Positions 18,396 to 26,368 of a stretch of 64,000 bases of DNA are shown one piece after another. Under the pieces are notes generated by a model. The model ran no database searches. It saw only the letters and a list, made by a program, of their open reading frames with translations, and was not told the DNA's origin. This DNA is from an uncultured Lachnospiraceae bacterium. Lineage in GTDB: Bacteria; Bacillota; Clostridia; Lachnospirales; Lachnospiraceae. Made by a program: the position numbers and the translations under genes. Location: assembly GCA_947630695.1 (NCBI GenBank), contig CANRIM010000002.1:1271-65270 (forward strand). Direction: 5' to 3'. How positions within the stretch are numbered: position 1 is the first letter of the stretch; every line of letters starts with the position of its first letter.

Positions 18396-20036
18396 TTAAA
18401 ATTTTCTGAATCTCCTGTATCTGTTTTCAATCATTTCGTTCTTGCTTTGTTTGTCCATTTGCGTAAGAAACTTTATGATTTCCTGTCGCATATACTTAGA
18501 AATCTTACTGATGTTTTCTTTATTTGCCCCTCCAAACTCCGGGATTATTTTATCTATCACACCGAGATCCCTAAGGTCTGTGGCAGTCATTTTCATTTTT
18601 TCCGCAGCCTCAGAGGCACGGCTTGCATCCTTCCACAAAATAGAAGCATACCCCTCGGGGGACAAGATAGAGTACGTCGCGTTTTCAAGCATCCAGACCT
18701 CATCTCCAACAGCCGTTGCCAGTGCTCCGCCGCTGCCCCCTTCTCCAATAATGATGGCAAGAATGGGTACTTTTATTGACGACATTTCATATAGGTTTTG
18801 CGCAATCGCCCAGCCCTGGCCACGTTCTTCTGCTCCCACGCCCGGATAAGCGCCCTGTGTATTTACAAATGATATGACAGGCCGATTGAACTTTTCTGCC
18901 TGTTTCATCAATCGAAGTGCCTTACGATATCCTTCAGGCATTGGCATTCCGAAATTTCTTTCAAGATAATCCTGAATGTTCTTTCCCCTGTAATCTGCAA
19001 TCACCGTAACCGGTTGTCCGTTTAATACAGCAATTCCTCCGACAATCGCACCGTCTTCCCCATATAACCTGTCGCCCTTCAATTCTACAAATACGTCAAA
19101 AATATTTTTAATATAATCGACCGATGTCGGACGATTTGGTCCTCGATTTTCTTTTACTTTCTCCCATACCGATTTTGAAGGCATGATTGAATTTTTGAGA
19201 TATCCAGATACCGAAGGCAGGAATCTTGTCCTCTTTTCAGTTATAAACGCTGTTTTTTCTGCACTGTTTTTATTTGTGATAACAAGGAATTGAATCATCT
19301 GGCGTATTCTTTTTCTTTGAACTATGCCATCGATCATTCCGTGTTGCTGAAGAAATTCCGATGTTTGAAATCCCTGCGGCAATTCTTCTCTGATCGTTTG
19401 TTTAATCACTCTTTTTCCGGCAAATCCTACGGTAGCGTTTGGTTCTGCCATGATCACATCACCGAGTGATGCAAAACTTGCTGTGACGCCGCCTGTCGTT
19501 GGATCTGTCAATATAGAGCAATAAAACAACCCTGCATCCGCATGTCTCTTAATCGCTGCCGCCGTCTTTTCCATCTGCATTAAGGAAATCATGCCTTCCT
19601 GCATCCGGGCGCCGCCGGAACAGCAGAAAATAAATACGGGAAGTTTTTCCTTTGTGCCTCTTTCAAAAAGAACTGCTACTTTTTCTCCAACAACATGGCC
19701 CATACTCGCCATTATAAAATTGCTGTCACATACACCGATTGCGATTTCCGATCCTAAAACACTGGCTTTTCCAATGATAATGGCTTCCTTCAATCCGGTC
19801 TTATTTCTTGCATTTTCCAATGTTTTTTCATATATTTCGTCATTCAGATAATTCTCTGTTTCCAGATCCGCTTCCCATTCTTCAAATGTTCCCTTATCTA
19901 CAGTCATTTCAATTCTTTCCATTGCCGGAATTCTGAAATGAAAGCCACAGGAATCACATATATATTTTTTCTTTTTCAAAGAAGGGAGATCAAATTCTTT
20001 TCCGCAGTTTTTGCAGCATACAACCTGATCAGACAT
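18396..20036 (-). CDS. Acetyl-CoA carboxylase carboxyltransferase, fused beta-alpha (AccD-AccA) polypeptide
   Basis: The N-terminus carries the AccD zinc ribbon (CKNCGKEF...CDSCGFHFRIPAMERIE). The C-terminal half is AccA-like (GGIAVLNGQPVTVIADYRGK...GAYPGVGAEERGQ). No accB or accC lies in the window. Confidence 0.75.
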   Translation of the reverse strand: MSDQVVCCKNCGKEFDLPSLKKKKYICDSCGFHFRIPAMERIEMTVDKGTFEEWEADLETENYLNDEIYEKTLENARNKTGLKEAIIIGKASVLGSEIAIGVCDSNFIMASMGHVVGEKVAVLFERGTKEKLPVFIFCCSGGARMQEGMISLMQMEKTAAAIKRHADAGLFYCSILTDPTTGGVTASFASLGDVIMAEPNATVGFAGKRVIKQTIREELPQGFQTSEFLQQHGMIDGIVQRKRIRQMIQFLVITNKNSAEKTAFITEKRTRFLPSVSGYLKNSIMPSKSVWEKVKENRGPNRPTSVDYIKNIFDVFVELKGDRLYGEDGAIVGGIAVLNGQPVTVIADYRGKNIQDYLERNFGMPMPEGYRKALRLMKQAEKFNRPVISFVNTQGAYPGVGAEERGQGWAIAQNLYEMSSIKVPILAIIIGEGGSGGALATAVGDEVWMLENATYSILSPEGYASILWKDASRASEAAEKMKMTATDLRDLGVIDKIIPEFGGANKENISKISKYMRQEIIKFLTQMDKQSKNEMIENRYRRFRKF

Positions 20037-20047
20037 TCAAATTCTCC

Positions 20048-20776
20048 TCAGACATGTTTAATTAAGTTATAAGTCAATCTTCTTATTCTTAGTCCGAACA
20101 TCATATGCAGCTTCAGCATCTGGAAATTATTTGACGATACCCCGGAGATATATCTCCTTCCTCCCAGATCAAATACTGCTTTTAATGTAGTATAAGCGTT
20201 GGCAAAACCTAGTCCGCTATTCAAATAATCTGCAAAAAGCCCGCCTAGAAATCCATCGAAATAATTGCCCTTATTGATTACAATACTAAAACCAACATCC
20301 TCTCCATCATATTCCGTAATGATCATTTTCGCGTTTCCGGACGCAAGGACATCCTGTGCCCAAAATGCATAGCGCTGTCCTGCTATTTTCTGTGAGAAGT
20401 ACGGATCCAAAGCCACTTTGTCTGTTGAAAATATGTACCCGTTTCTTATTTCATCAATCACTCTCTTTGTTTCTTTGTCACTTCCGAAATGATACCCTGC
20501 TCTTTCTATCAACTTCGCACACATAGCCGGAGGCTTTGGTTTTTCAGACAATTCCATTTCCGTCTGAATGTTTGTCTCCATAAACTGGAAACCTTCCTTC
20601 TGTAATGCAAGAAGTACATCCACTCTCCCGGCTAATACTTTTGCAACAAAATATTTCTCATTTCTATTGTGTATTATGTTAAGTACCTCATCTACAGAAT
20701 CATTCTTTCCAACTTCAATTTCAAAACATTCCACACCTACATTCCGTTTTTCCCACACAGCTTCCACTGTTCTCAT
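20048..20776 (-). CDS. GNAT-fold N-acyltransferase, WecD (TDP-4-amino-sugar acyltransferase)-like; tentative
   Basis: 242 aa. Its layout resembles my recollection of WecD: an N-terminal non-GNAT domain followed by a C-terminal acyltransferase domain. It sits between the PglC-like transferase and the acyl-building genes. This is a by-eye similarity only. Confidence 0.4.
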   Translation of the reverse strand: MRTVEAVWEKRNVGVECFEIEVGKNDSVDEVLNIIHNRNEKYFVAKVLAGRVDVLLALQKEGFQFMETNIQTEMELSEKPKPPAMCAKLIERAGYHFGSDKETKRVIDEIRNGYIFSTDKVALDPYFSQKIAGQRYAFWAQDVLASGNAKMIITEYDGEDVGFSIVINKGNYFDGFLGGLFADYLNSGLGFANAYTTLKAVFDLGGRRYISGVSSNNFQMLKLHMMFGLRIRRLTYNLIKHV

Positions 20777-21369
20777 TTAAGGTCTCCCTCATTTCGATAT
20801 ACATTTTGATGGAATACTACCGTCTGAATCGTTTTAAAAAAGATTTGAACATCCAGTTTAAAACTTAGGTTATCGACATAGTAAATATCATTTATACTGC
20901 GTTGTTCCATACTATCCGAGTTTCTAAAATACGCCTGGCTATATCCCGTAATTCCTGGCCGGACTGTCAACTTCTTTTTTCTTGCACTGGTCATTTCGCC
21001 GTCTGTCAAATCCGGCCTCGGACCAATTAACGCCATATCCCCTTTGATCACATTGAAAAGCTGCGGTATCTCATCAAGACTTGTTTTGCGTAGTATTTTT
21101 CCAACCCTTGTTACCCTCGGGTCATCTTCTGAATTATATGTACTGCCATCCTCATTTCGTAAATCCGGCGCATTGACTTTCATCGACCGGAATTTAAACA
21201 TTTTATAGATTTTTCCATTTAGTCCCATCCGGGGCGCATTATAAAACACCGGTCCTTTATCTTCTATTACTATGACTGGAGCAACCACCACAAAAATGAG
21301 CGCAAAAAAAGGCAATGCTATAATTGATAAAATCACGTCCAGCAATCGTTTCCCATATTTCCGGTACAT
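20773..21369 (-). CDS. Small (PglC-type) undecaprenyl-phosphate sugar-phosphate transferase, initiating enzyme
   Basis: 198 aa with an N-terminal re-entrant helix (RLLDVILSIIALPFFALIF), KFRSM and DEIPQLFNVIKGDMALIGPRP motifs of the bacterial sugar transferase family. Confidence 0.85.
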   Translation of the reverse strand: MYRKYGKRLLDVILSIIALPFFALIFVVVAPVIVIEDKGPVFYNAPRMGLNGKIYKMFKFRSMKVNAPDLRNEDGSTYNSEDDPRVTRVGKILRKTSLDEIPQLFNVIKGDMALIGPRPDLTDGEMTSARKKKLTVRPGITGYSQAYFRNSDSMEQRSINDIYYVDNLSFKLDVQIFFKTIQTVVFHQNVYRNEGDLK

Positions 21370-21430
21370 TCCATGCCCTCATCTCGTTTTCAGAATCTCA
21401 TAATATTTCCTGACAGCCTCGTTCTGCATT

Positions 21431-22678
21431 TCAGGCGGAAGCTGCTCCCACTTCACAATCCTCAATGATATAATCCTTTACAATGTCCTGATACTGTTCC
21501 ACCACATACCCAACATCCGCATCGCTCAGGCAGGTATGCAGCGGCAGTGTGATCTCATTCGCAAAATATGCATAGGCATTGGGGTAATCTTTGATATCAA
21601 ATCCCAGATTCCGGTACGCCGTGTGCATGGGCAGCGGCTTGTAGTGCACATTGGTGGCTACGCCCCGCTCTGCCATCCTGCAAATAATTTCGTTTCTTTG
21701 CTCCGGTGTAATCCCCGGCACCCTGGTAATGTACAGATGTCCCGAAGATTCATAAAAATCTGTATAGTGTTCCGGCGTCTGTATCCCCAGAGGGTGAAAC
21801 GCCGCATCGTATTTTTCGATGATTTCTTTTCTGCGCTGCAGCATGGCCGGATAGCGTTCCAGCTGTTTCAGGCCGATGGCCGCCATGATATCCGTCATAT
21901 TGCACTTGTAATACGTTCCCGCAATGTCATATTCCCACGCTCCCAGTTTTGTCTTGGCCAGCGCATCCTTGGACTGCCCATGCAGGCTGAACAACTGCAG
22001 CTGATGATAGATATCTTCGTCGCTGATGCCCGGAATCGTTCTCCAGGTCAGCGCGCCGCCCTCTGCGGTGGTAAGATTTTTGACTGCATGGAAGCTGAAA
22101 CTGGAGAAGTCAGCAATGCTGCCTACCATTCTGCCATGCCACTTTGCGCCAAAAGCATGCGCAGTATCCGAACAGACAACGATTCTTCCGATTGCCTTTT
22201 GAATGTCATTCGCGGGTTGAAACAATGACTTTTTTCGATTTACAATTTCATAAATCCTGTCATAATCACAGGGAATTCCGGCAAGATCAACGGGAATAAT
22301 CGCTTTTGTCTTTGCACTGACAGCTTTTTCAACTGCATCATAATCCATTTCCAAACTGTCAGGCTGCGTATCAACTAAAATAAGTTTTGCTCCAACATGG
22401 CAGACAACAGAAGCGGTTGCTGTATACGTGTAAGCCGAGGTTATTACCTCGTCGCCTTCACCTATTCCCAAAATTCGAAGCGCCATTTCCGCACATGCCG
22501 TCTGGGAATTCAGGCAACAAGCCTTTTTCACGCCTATGTAATCCGTAATTCTTCTTTCAAGCTCCTTGACTCTCGGGCCTGTCGTTATCCAGCCTGAACG
22601 AAGCGCTTCTGCAACTTCATTTATCTCTGCCTCCGAAATATCCGGTGGTGAAAATGGAATAACTTTTTTATCTACCAT
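21431..22678 (-). CDS. DegT/DnrJ/EryC1/StrS-family PLP-dependent sugar aminotransferase
   Basis: 415 aa with FSFHAVKNLT (PLP-lysine context) and an N-terminal IPFSPPDISEAEINEV region. It is the first gene of the locus. Confidence 0.8.
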   Translation of the reverse strand: MVDKKVIPFSPPDISEAEINEVAEALRSGWITTGPRVKELERRITDYIGVKKACCLNSQTACAEMALRILGIGEGDEVITSAYTYTATASVVCHVGAKLILVDTQPDSLEMDYDAVEKAVSAKTKAIIPVDLAGIPCDYDRIYEIVNRKKSLFQPANDIQKAIGRIVVCSDTAHAFGAKWHGRMVGSIADFSSFSFHAVKNLTTAEGGALTWRTIPGISDEDIYHQLQLFSLHGQSKDALAKTKLGAWEYDIAGTYYKCNMTDIMAAIGLKQLERYPAMLQRRKEIIEKYDAAFHPLGIQTPEHYTDFYESSGHLYITRVPGITPEQRNEIICRMAERGVATNVHYKPLPMHTAYRNLGFDIKDYPNAYAYFANEITLPLHTCLSDADVGYVVEQYQDIVKDYIIEDCEVGAASA

Positions 22679-22713
22679 AACTTAGTTATACTTCCCAACA
22701 AATAATATTCTTC

Positions 22714-22866
22714 TTAAAAGAAACTCAGTTCTTCTCCAAACTGCCTTATATATTCCTGAACCCATTCCTCATCATTGCTATACGATGCTGGCGGAAAGGT
22801 TTTTTCTCCATCATCTTTTTCTATAAAAGTTAATTCGTTTGATACATATTCTGCTCTTTCTTCCAT
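22714..22866 (-). CDS. Hypothetical 50-aa acidic ORF in the locus leader region
   Basis: Hand translation gives MEERAEYVSNELTFIEKDDGEKTFPPASYSNDEEWVQEYIRQFGEELSFF. It is below the ORF-track length cutoff, I recognised no motif, and I could not confirm a convincing RBS. Confidence 0.2.
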   Translation of the reverse strand: MEERAEYVSNELTFIEKDDGEKTFPPASYSNDEEWVQEYIRQFGEELSFF

Positions 22867-22929
22867 ACTGTACAGGCCTTAAAATCAATGAATTTCCAAA
22901 TTTTATGTTTATATCATGCGCATTCCTTG

Positions 22930-22957
22930 TTGATTTTCTTTAATAATGCGATATACT
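22930..22957 (+). promoter_or_regulatory. Candidate sigma-A-type promoter of dinJ-yafQ
   Basis: TTGATT, a 16-nt spacer, then TATACT, located 20 nt upstream of AGGAGG and the ATG at 22977. Confidence 0.35.
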
Positions 22958-22976
22958 ATCTTTAGGAGGTGTAATT

Positions 22977-23258
22977 ATGGCAAAAGTAAGCACAAATATC
23001 AGTCTCGATCCGGAATTGAAAAAAGCCAGTCAGGAACTTTATTCGGATCTGGGTTTGGACTTAAGCACTGCAATCACTATTTTTCTCAAACAGTCACTTC
23101 GCGTACAGGGACTACCCTTTGCTGTTACCAAAGAAAATCCTAACGCCGAAACCATTGCAGCAATGAATGAGTACTACGAAATGAAAGCACATCCGGAAAA
23201 ATATAAACGATATACCTCTTTTCAGGATGCTATGAAGGATGTATTAGCCGATGCTTAA
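22977..23258 (+). CDS. dinJ: RelB/DinJ-family antitoxin
   Basis: 93 aa. The N-terminal ISLDPELKKASQELYSDLGLDLSTAITIFLKQ ribbon-helix-helix region is typical of DinJ. It overlaps the toxin gene by 8 nt. Confidence 0.8.
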   Translation: MAKVSTNISLDPELKKASQELYSDLGLDLSTAITIFLKQSLRVQGLPFAVTKENPNAETIAAMNEYYEMKAHPEKYKRYTSFQDAMKDVLADA

Positions 23259-23526
23259 CATTACCTTGTCCAACCGATTTAAGAAGGATCTCAAACTTGC
23301 AGCAAAACGGGGTTATAATCTGGCAATGCTCGACCACGTTGTGGAAAAACTATCCCGACAGGAGCCATTGCCTCCTAAAAACATGGATCATGCATTATCC
23401 GGTGATTTTACTGGCTTTCGAGAATGTCACATCCAGCCGGATTGGTTACTCGTTTACCGCATTGAAGACGAAGAACTAATGCTTTTCCTTTCTCGAACCG
23501 GTACGCATTCAGATCTGTTTTCCTGA
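23251..23526 (+). CDS. yafQ: YafQ/RelE-family mRNA interferase toxin
   Basis: 91 aa. The region DHALSGDFTGFRECHIQPDWLLVYRIEDEELMLFLSRTGTHSDLF matches the YafQ family C-terminal catalytic region. Confidence 0.8.
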   Translation: MLNITLSNRFKKDLKLAAKRGYNLAMLDHVVEKLSRQEPLPPKNMDHALSGDFTGFRECHIQPDWLLVYRIEDEELMLFLSRTGTHSDLFS

Positions 23527-23534
23527 CATTTTCA

Positions 23535-23562
23535 CGAGAGGCCCTACGCCTCTCGCTTTTTT
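23535..23562 (+). terminator. Intrinsic terminator after yafQ
   Basis: An 8-bp stem CGAGAGGC/GCCTCTCG with a 5-nt loop, followed by CTTTTTT. Confidence 0.7.
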
Positions 23563-23639
23563 ATGCCATCCGATTTTCTCCCCCACCGCTCACATCTCGC
23601 ATTTCCAGCCTTCCATCCACTCCTGCCCGTCTTAACAAA

Positions 23640-23679
23640 TACCCGAAATTTTTCATTTTTCCTTAAAAAATTTCGGGTA
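23640..23679. repeat. Perfect 14-bp inverted repeat with a 12-nt spacer
   Basis: TACCCGAAATTTTT (23640-23653) and AAAAATTTCGGGTA (23666-23679). No T-tract follows, so it does not look like a terminator. Confidence 0.9.
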
Positions 23680-23774
23680 CATACATAGCCGGCTGCATTG
23701 TACGGATTTTCCAACTTTGAACAAAGGGTACTTTTTCCTCATAATCTGCCCCATACAATCTTCCGACTGTCGTA

Positions 23775-23803
23775 TTGTATCCCCCAGACAAGTGTGCTAG
23801 AAT
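23775..23803 (+). promoter_or_regulatory. Candidate promoter for the recombinase genes
   Basis: TTGTAT, a 17-nt spacer, then TAGAAT with an upstream TGc (extended -10), about 75 nt before the ATG at 23880. Confidence 0.4.
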
Positions 23804-23879
23804 GGGAACACCCGCCCGGCTTCGACACAACATGACAGAAAGGAGCTGCCGATCGTATCGGTTTTAAAAGAAAATATCT

Positions 23880-24902
23880 ATGGAAACTAAAGAACACAAA
23901 AGCGCCTGCCTGCGAACAGCCGCATACTGCCGGGTCAGCACGCAAAGCGATCTGCAGGACGGATCCTTTGAAACGCAGCGGGAATATTATCTGCGCTATA
24001 TTGAAGAACAGCCTTCCATGATTCTGGCAGGTCTGTACGCCGACCACGGCAAAAGCGGCCGGTCCATCGCAAACCGACCTGCATTTCAGCAAATGCTGCA
24101 GGACTGCAGAGACGGAAAAATCGACCTGATCCTGACAAAATCCATTTCCCGCTTTGCCCGCAATATGGCCGAATGCATTTCCGTGATCCGCGAACTGAAA
24201 GCACTGCATATCGGCATCTTCTTTGAACGGGAAGGCATCGACACCATGACCCGGTCCAGCGAACTGCTGCTGAGCATACTGGCGGCCATTGCACAGGAAG
24301 AAAGCGACAGCCTGCGGAAGAATCTGCAGTGGAGCAGACAGCGGCATTATGAGATGGGACAGCCCTGGGAAGCTGCCAGCTATGGGTATCGTTCCTGCGG
24401 AAAATCCCATGTCTGGAAAATCGAGCCCCGGGAAGCCTGCCGGGTACGCACAGCCTTTTATCTGGCCGGTATATGCCGACCCTACCGGGAAATATGCGCA
24501 GCCCTAAATCAAATAGAAGCAAACGAAAAGAGCGGCAAACATTGGAATCACAATCCCGTCATTCATTTGCTTTCTAATTGCGTTTATACCGGCAATTATC
24601 TGACCAACAAAGAATGTACCTATGTGAATGAAAGCGGCATCCGGCGCGGAAAAAACACAGGGCAGGTAGACCAATTTTATATCGAAGGACATCACGAGCC
24701 GCTGATCAGCAGTCCATTATTTGACCGGGTACAGGAACTGCTGCGGCGGCATCTTCTTTTTTCACAGCGCACACGCTTTTCTGACGATGACCGGAGATTC
24801 ATGCAGACCAGCATACGGCTGACCGAAGAAGAACGAAAAACATGGTCATCCGATCTGCCCGCGTTTGCGCTTTTCAGAGAAAGGAAGGAAACATGGAAAT
24901 AG
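23880..24902 (+). CDS. Serine recombinase (resolvase catalytic domain plus recombinase domain; no zinc ribbon visible)
   Basis: AAYCRVSTQSDLQDGSFETQ catalytic Ser motif and LILTKSISRFARN. It is only 340 aa and has no Cys pairs in the C-terminus. Confidence 0.85.
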   Translation: METKEHKSACLRTAAYCRVSTQSDLQDGSFETQREYYLRYIEEQPSMILAGLYADHGKSGRSIANRPAFQQMLQDCRDGKIDLILTKSISRFARNMAECISVIRELKALHIGIFFEREGIDTMTRSSELLLSILAAIAQEESDSLRKNLQWSRQRHYEMGQPWEAASYGYRSCGKSHVWKIEPREACRVRTAFYLAGICRPYREICAALNQIEANEKSGKHWNHNPVIHLLSNCVYTGNYLTNKECTYVNESGIRRGKNTGQVDQFYIEGHHEPLISSPLFDRVQELLRRHLLFSQRTRFSDDDRRFMQTSIRLTEEERKTWSSDLPAFALFRERKETWK

Positions 24903-26368
24903 AAAAGATACTTGTAGAGCATACGGGGGCCCCGGAGACAACTGTCGCCGGAAAGCAAAGAAGGGTCGCCGCCTACTGCCGGGTCTCCACCAGCAAGGAT
25001 GCGCAGGCCGGCAGCTTCGAACTCCAGAAAAACGTATATCTGCAGAAAATCACCGCGCACCCGGACTGGGTATTTGCCGGAATCTATGCCGACGAAGGCG
25101 TCACCGGCACCAATACCAAATACCGCACAGGCTTTCAGCAAATGCTGGCAGACTGCGAAGCCGGGAAAATCGATTACATTATTACCAAATCCATTTCCCG
25201 TTTTGCCAGAAATACGCTGGAATGTCTTTCTTACATACGGAAACTGCAGAGCATGGGTGTGCAGCTGATTTTTGAAAAGGAAAATATCGATACCGGCGAA
25301 CCGTTTTCCGAAATGCTGCTGACAGTTCTGGCTGCATTCGCGCAGGAGGAAAGCCGGTCTCTCTCGGAAAATCTCAAATGGGGCATCCGGAAAAGATATC
25401 AGAAAGGCATCGACCGCTGGACCCGCATTTACGGTTACACCCAGACGGAGGAAGGCAGTTACCGCGTGGTGCCGGAGGAGGCAGATACGGTGCGGCAAAT
25501 CTTTTTACTCTATGAACAGGGACAGAGCATGTCGGAAATCGTTGCATTTCTGCATCAGCATCAGATTCCCAGCCCTGCCGGGAAAAAAGACTGGAGCGCT
25601 TCCAGTGTGCTGCATATTCTGCGAAATGAAAAATACACCGGCGACATTCTGCTGCAGAAGACTTATACGGCAGATCACATCTCCCACCGGACAGTCAAAA
25701 ACAACTGTACGCTGGTTCCGGCCTATTATCTGACAGACCATCATACGCCGCTGATCAGTCACGAACAGTTTGCCATGGTGGAAAAAATCCGAAAGCTCCG
25801 CTGTCCGGGCGGCAGCGACGGCAACAGCACGGGAAATCCCGTACAATATCCTTTCGATACGCTGCTTCGCTGTCCCTACTGCGGCGCTGTCCTGCGCCAG
25901 CGCCACATACCGGTACAGCAGCCGGGCCGCGGCTGGCTCTGTGAAGGCAGTCCCAAGTCCTGCGGCGGCTTTCTGATCCGATCCCATTTCGTTGAGCAGG
26001 CGGTACTGACCGCATACCATACCTTTCCGAAGGAACAACTGGCCCCGGCTGATTCCGGTCATGCAGCAGAGGCCGAACACATGCGTGCCTTTTTGTCCGC
26101 CCATCCGCGCCTTTCGCGGGTGGACTATTACTGGCTGTCCCGGCTTGTAGATTCCATTACCTTCGGCCGGCATATAGCGCAGCCGCAAAATGGTACGGCT
26201 TGCGACCGCACCCTGTATGTCCACTGGAAATGCGGCGTGACCAGCTGCGTGCCCACCGGCATTGAGAAAGAAAAAGACCTGCCGTCTTATGTTCTGAAAC
26301 GTTACAGAGACTGGCAAGTCAGAAATCGGAGGAAAAATGAAAATCACACGGATTGCCCGAACCCGTGA
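24893..26368 (+). CDS. Large serine recombinase
   Basis: AAYCRVSTSKDAQAGSFELQ, YIITKSISRFARN, and a zinc ribbon (CPYCGAVL...CEGSPKSCG). I prefer the ATG at 24893, preceded by GGAAGGA, over the track start at 24842. It overlaps the upstream recombinase by 10 nt. Confidence 0.85.
   Translation: MEIEKILVEHTGAPETTVAGKQRRVAAYCRVSTSKDAQAGSFELQKNVYLQKITAHPDWVFAGIYADEGVTGTNTKYRTGFQQMLADCEAGKIDYIITKSISRFARNTLECLSYIRKLQSMGVQLIFEKENIDTGEPFSEMLLTVLAAFAQEESRSLSENLKWGIRKRYQKGIDRWTRIYGYTQTEEGSYRVVPEEADTVRQIFLLYEQGQSMSEIVAFLHQHQIPSPAGKKDWSASSVLHILRNEKYTGDILLQKTYTADHISHRTVKNNCTLVPAYYLTDHHTPLISHEQFAMVEKIRKLRCPGGSDGNSTGNPVQYPFDTLLRCPYCGAVLRQRHIPVQQPGRGWLCEGSPKSCGGFLIRSHFVEQAVLTAYHTFPKEQLAPADSGHAAEAEHMRAFLSAHPRLSRVDYYWLSRLVDSITFGRHIAQPQNGTACDRTLYVHWKCGVTSCVPTGIEKEKDLPSYVLKRYRDWQVRNRRKNENHTDCPNP

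Noticed and set aside
18396-20036. Treating the AccD-AccA fusion as simply the housekeeping acetyl-CoA carboxylase
   Set aside because: This is not fully rejected. It cannot be excluded without the rest of the genome. Its position inside an AT-rich accessory glycan locus, directly upstream of dedicated ACP/KASIII/FabG genes and without accB/accC, argues for a locus-specific role. It is kept as a finding with this caveat.
23739-26347. Long minus-strand ORFs (223, 195, 268 and 280 aa) antisense to the recombinase genes
   Set aside because: They lie fully inside much better-supported plus-strand recombinase genes. Their translations are low-complexity and Arg/Gly/Ala/Cys-rich, as expected for shadow ORFs in GC-rich DNA, and they have no recognisable motifs.
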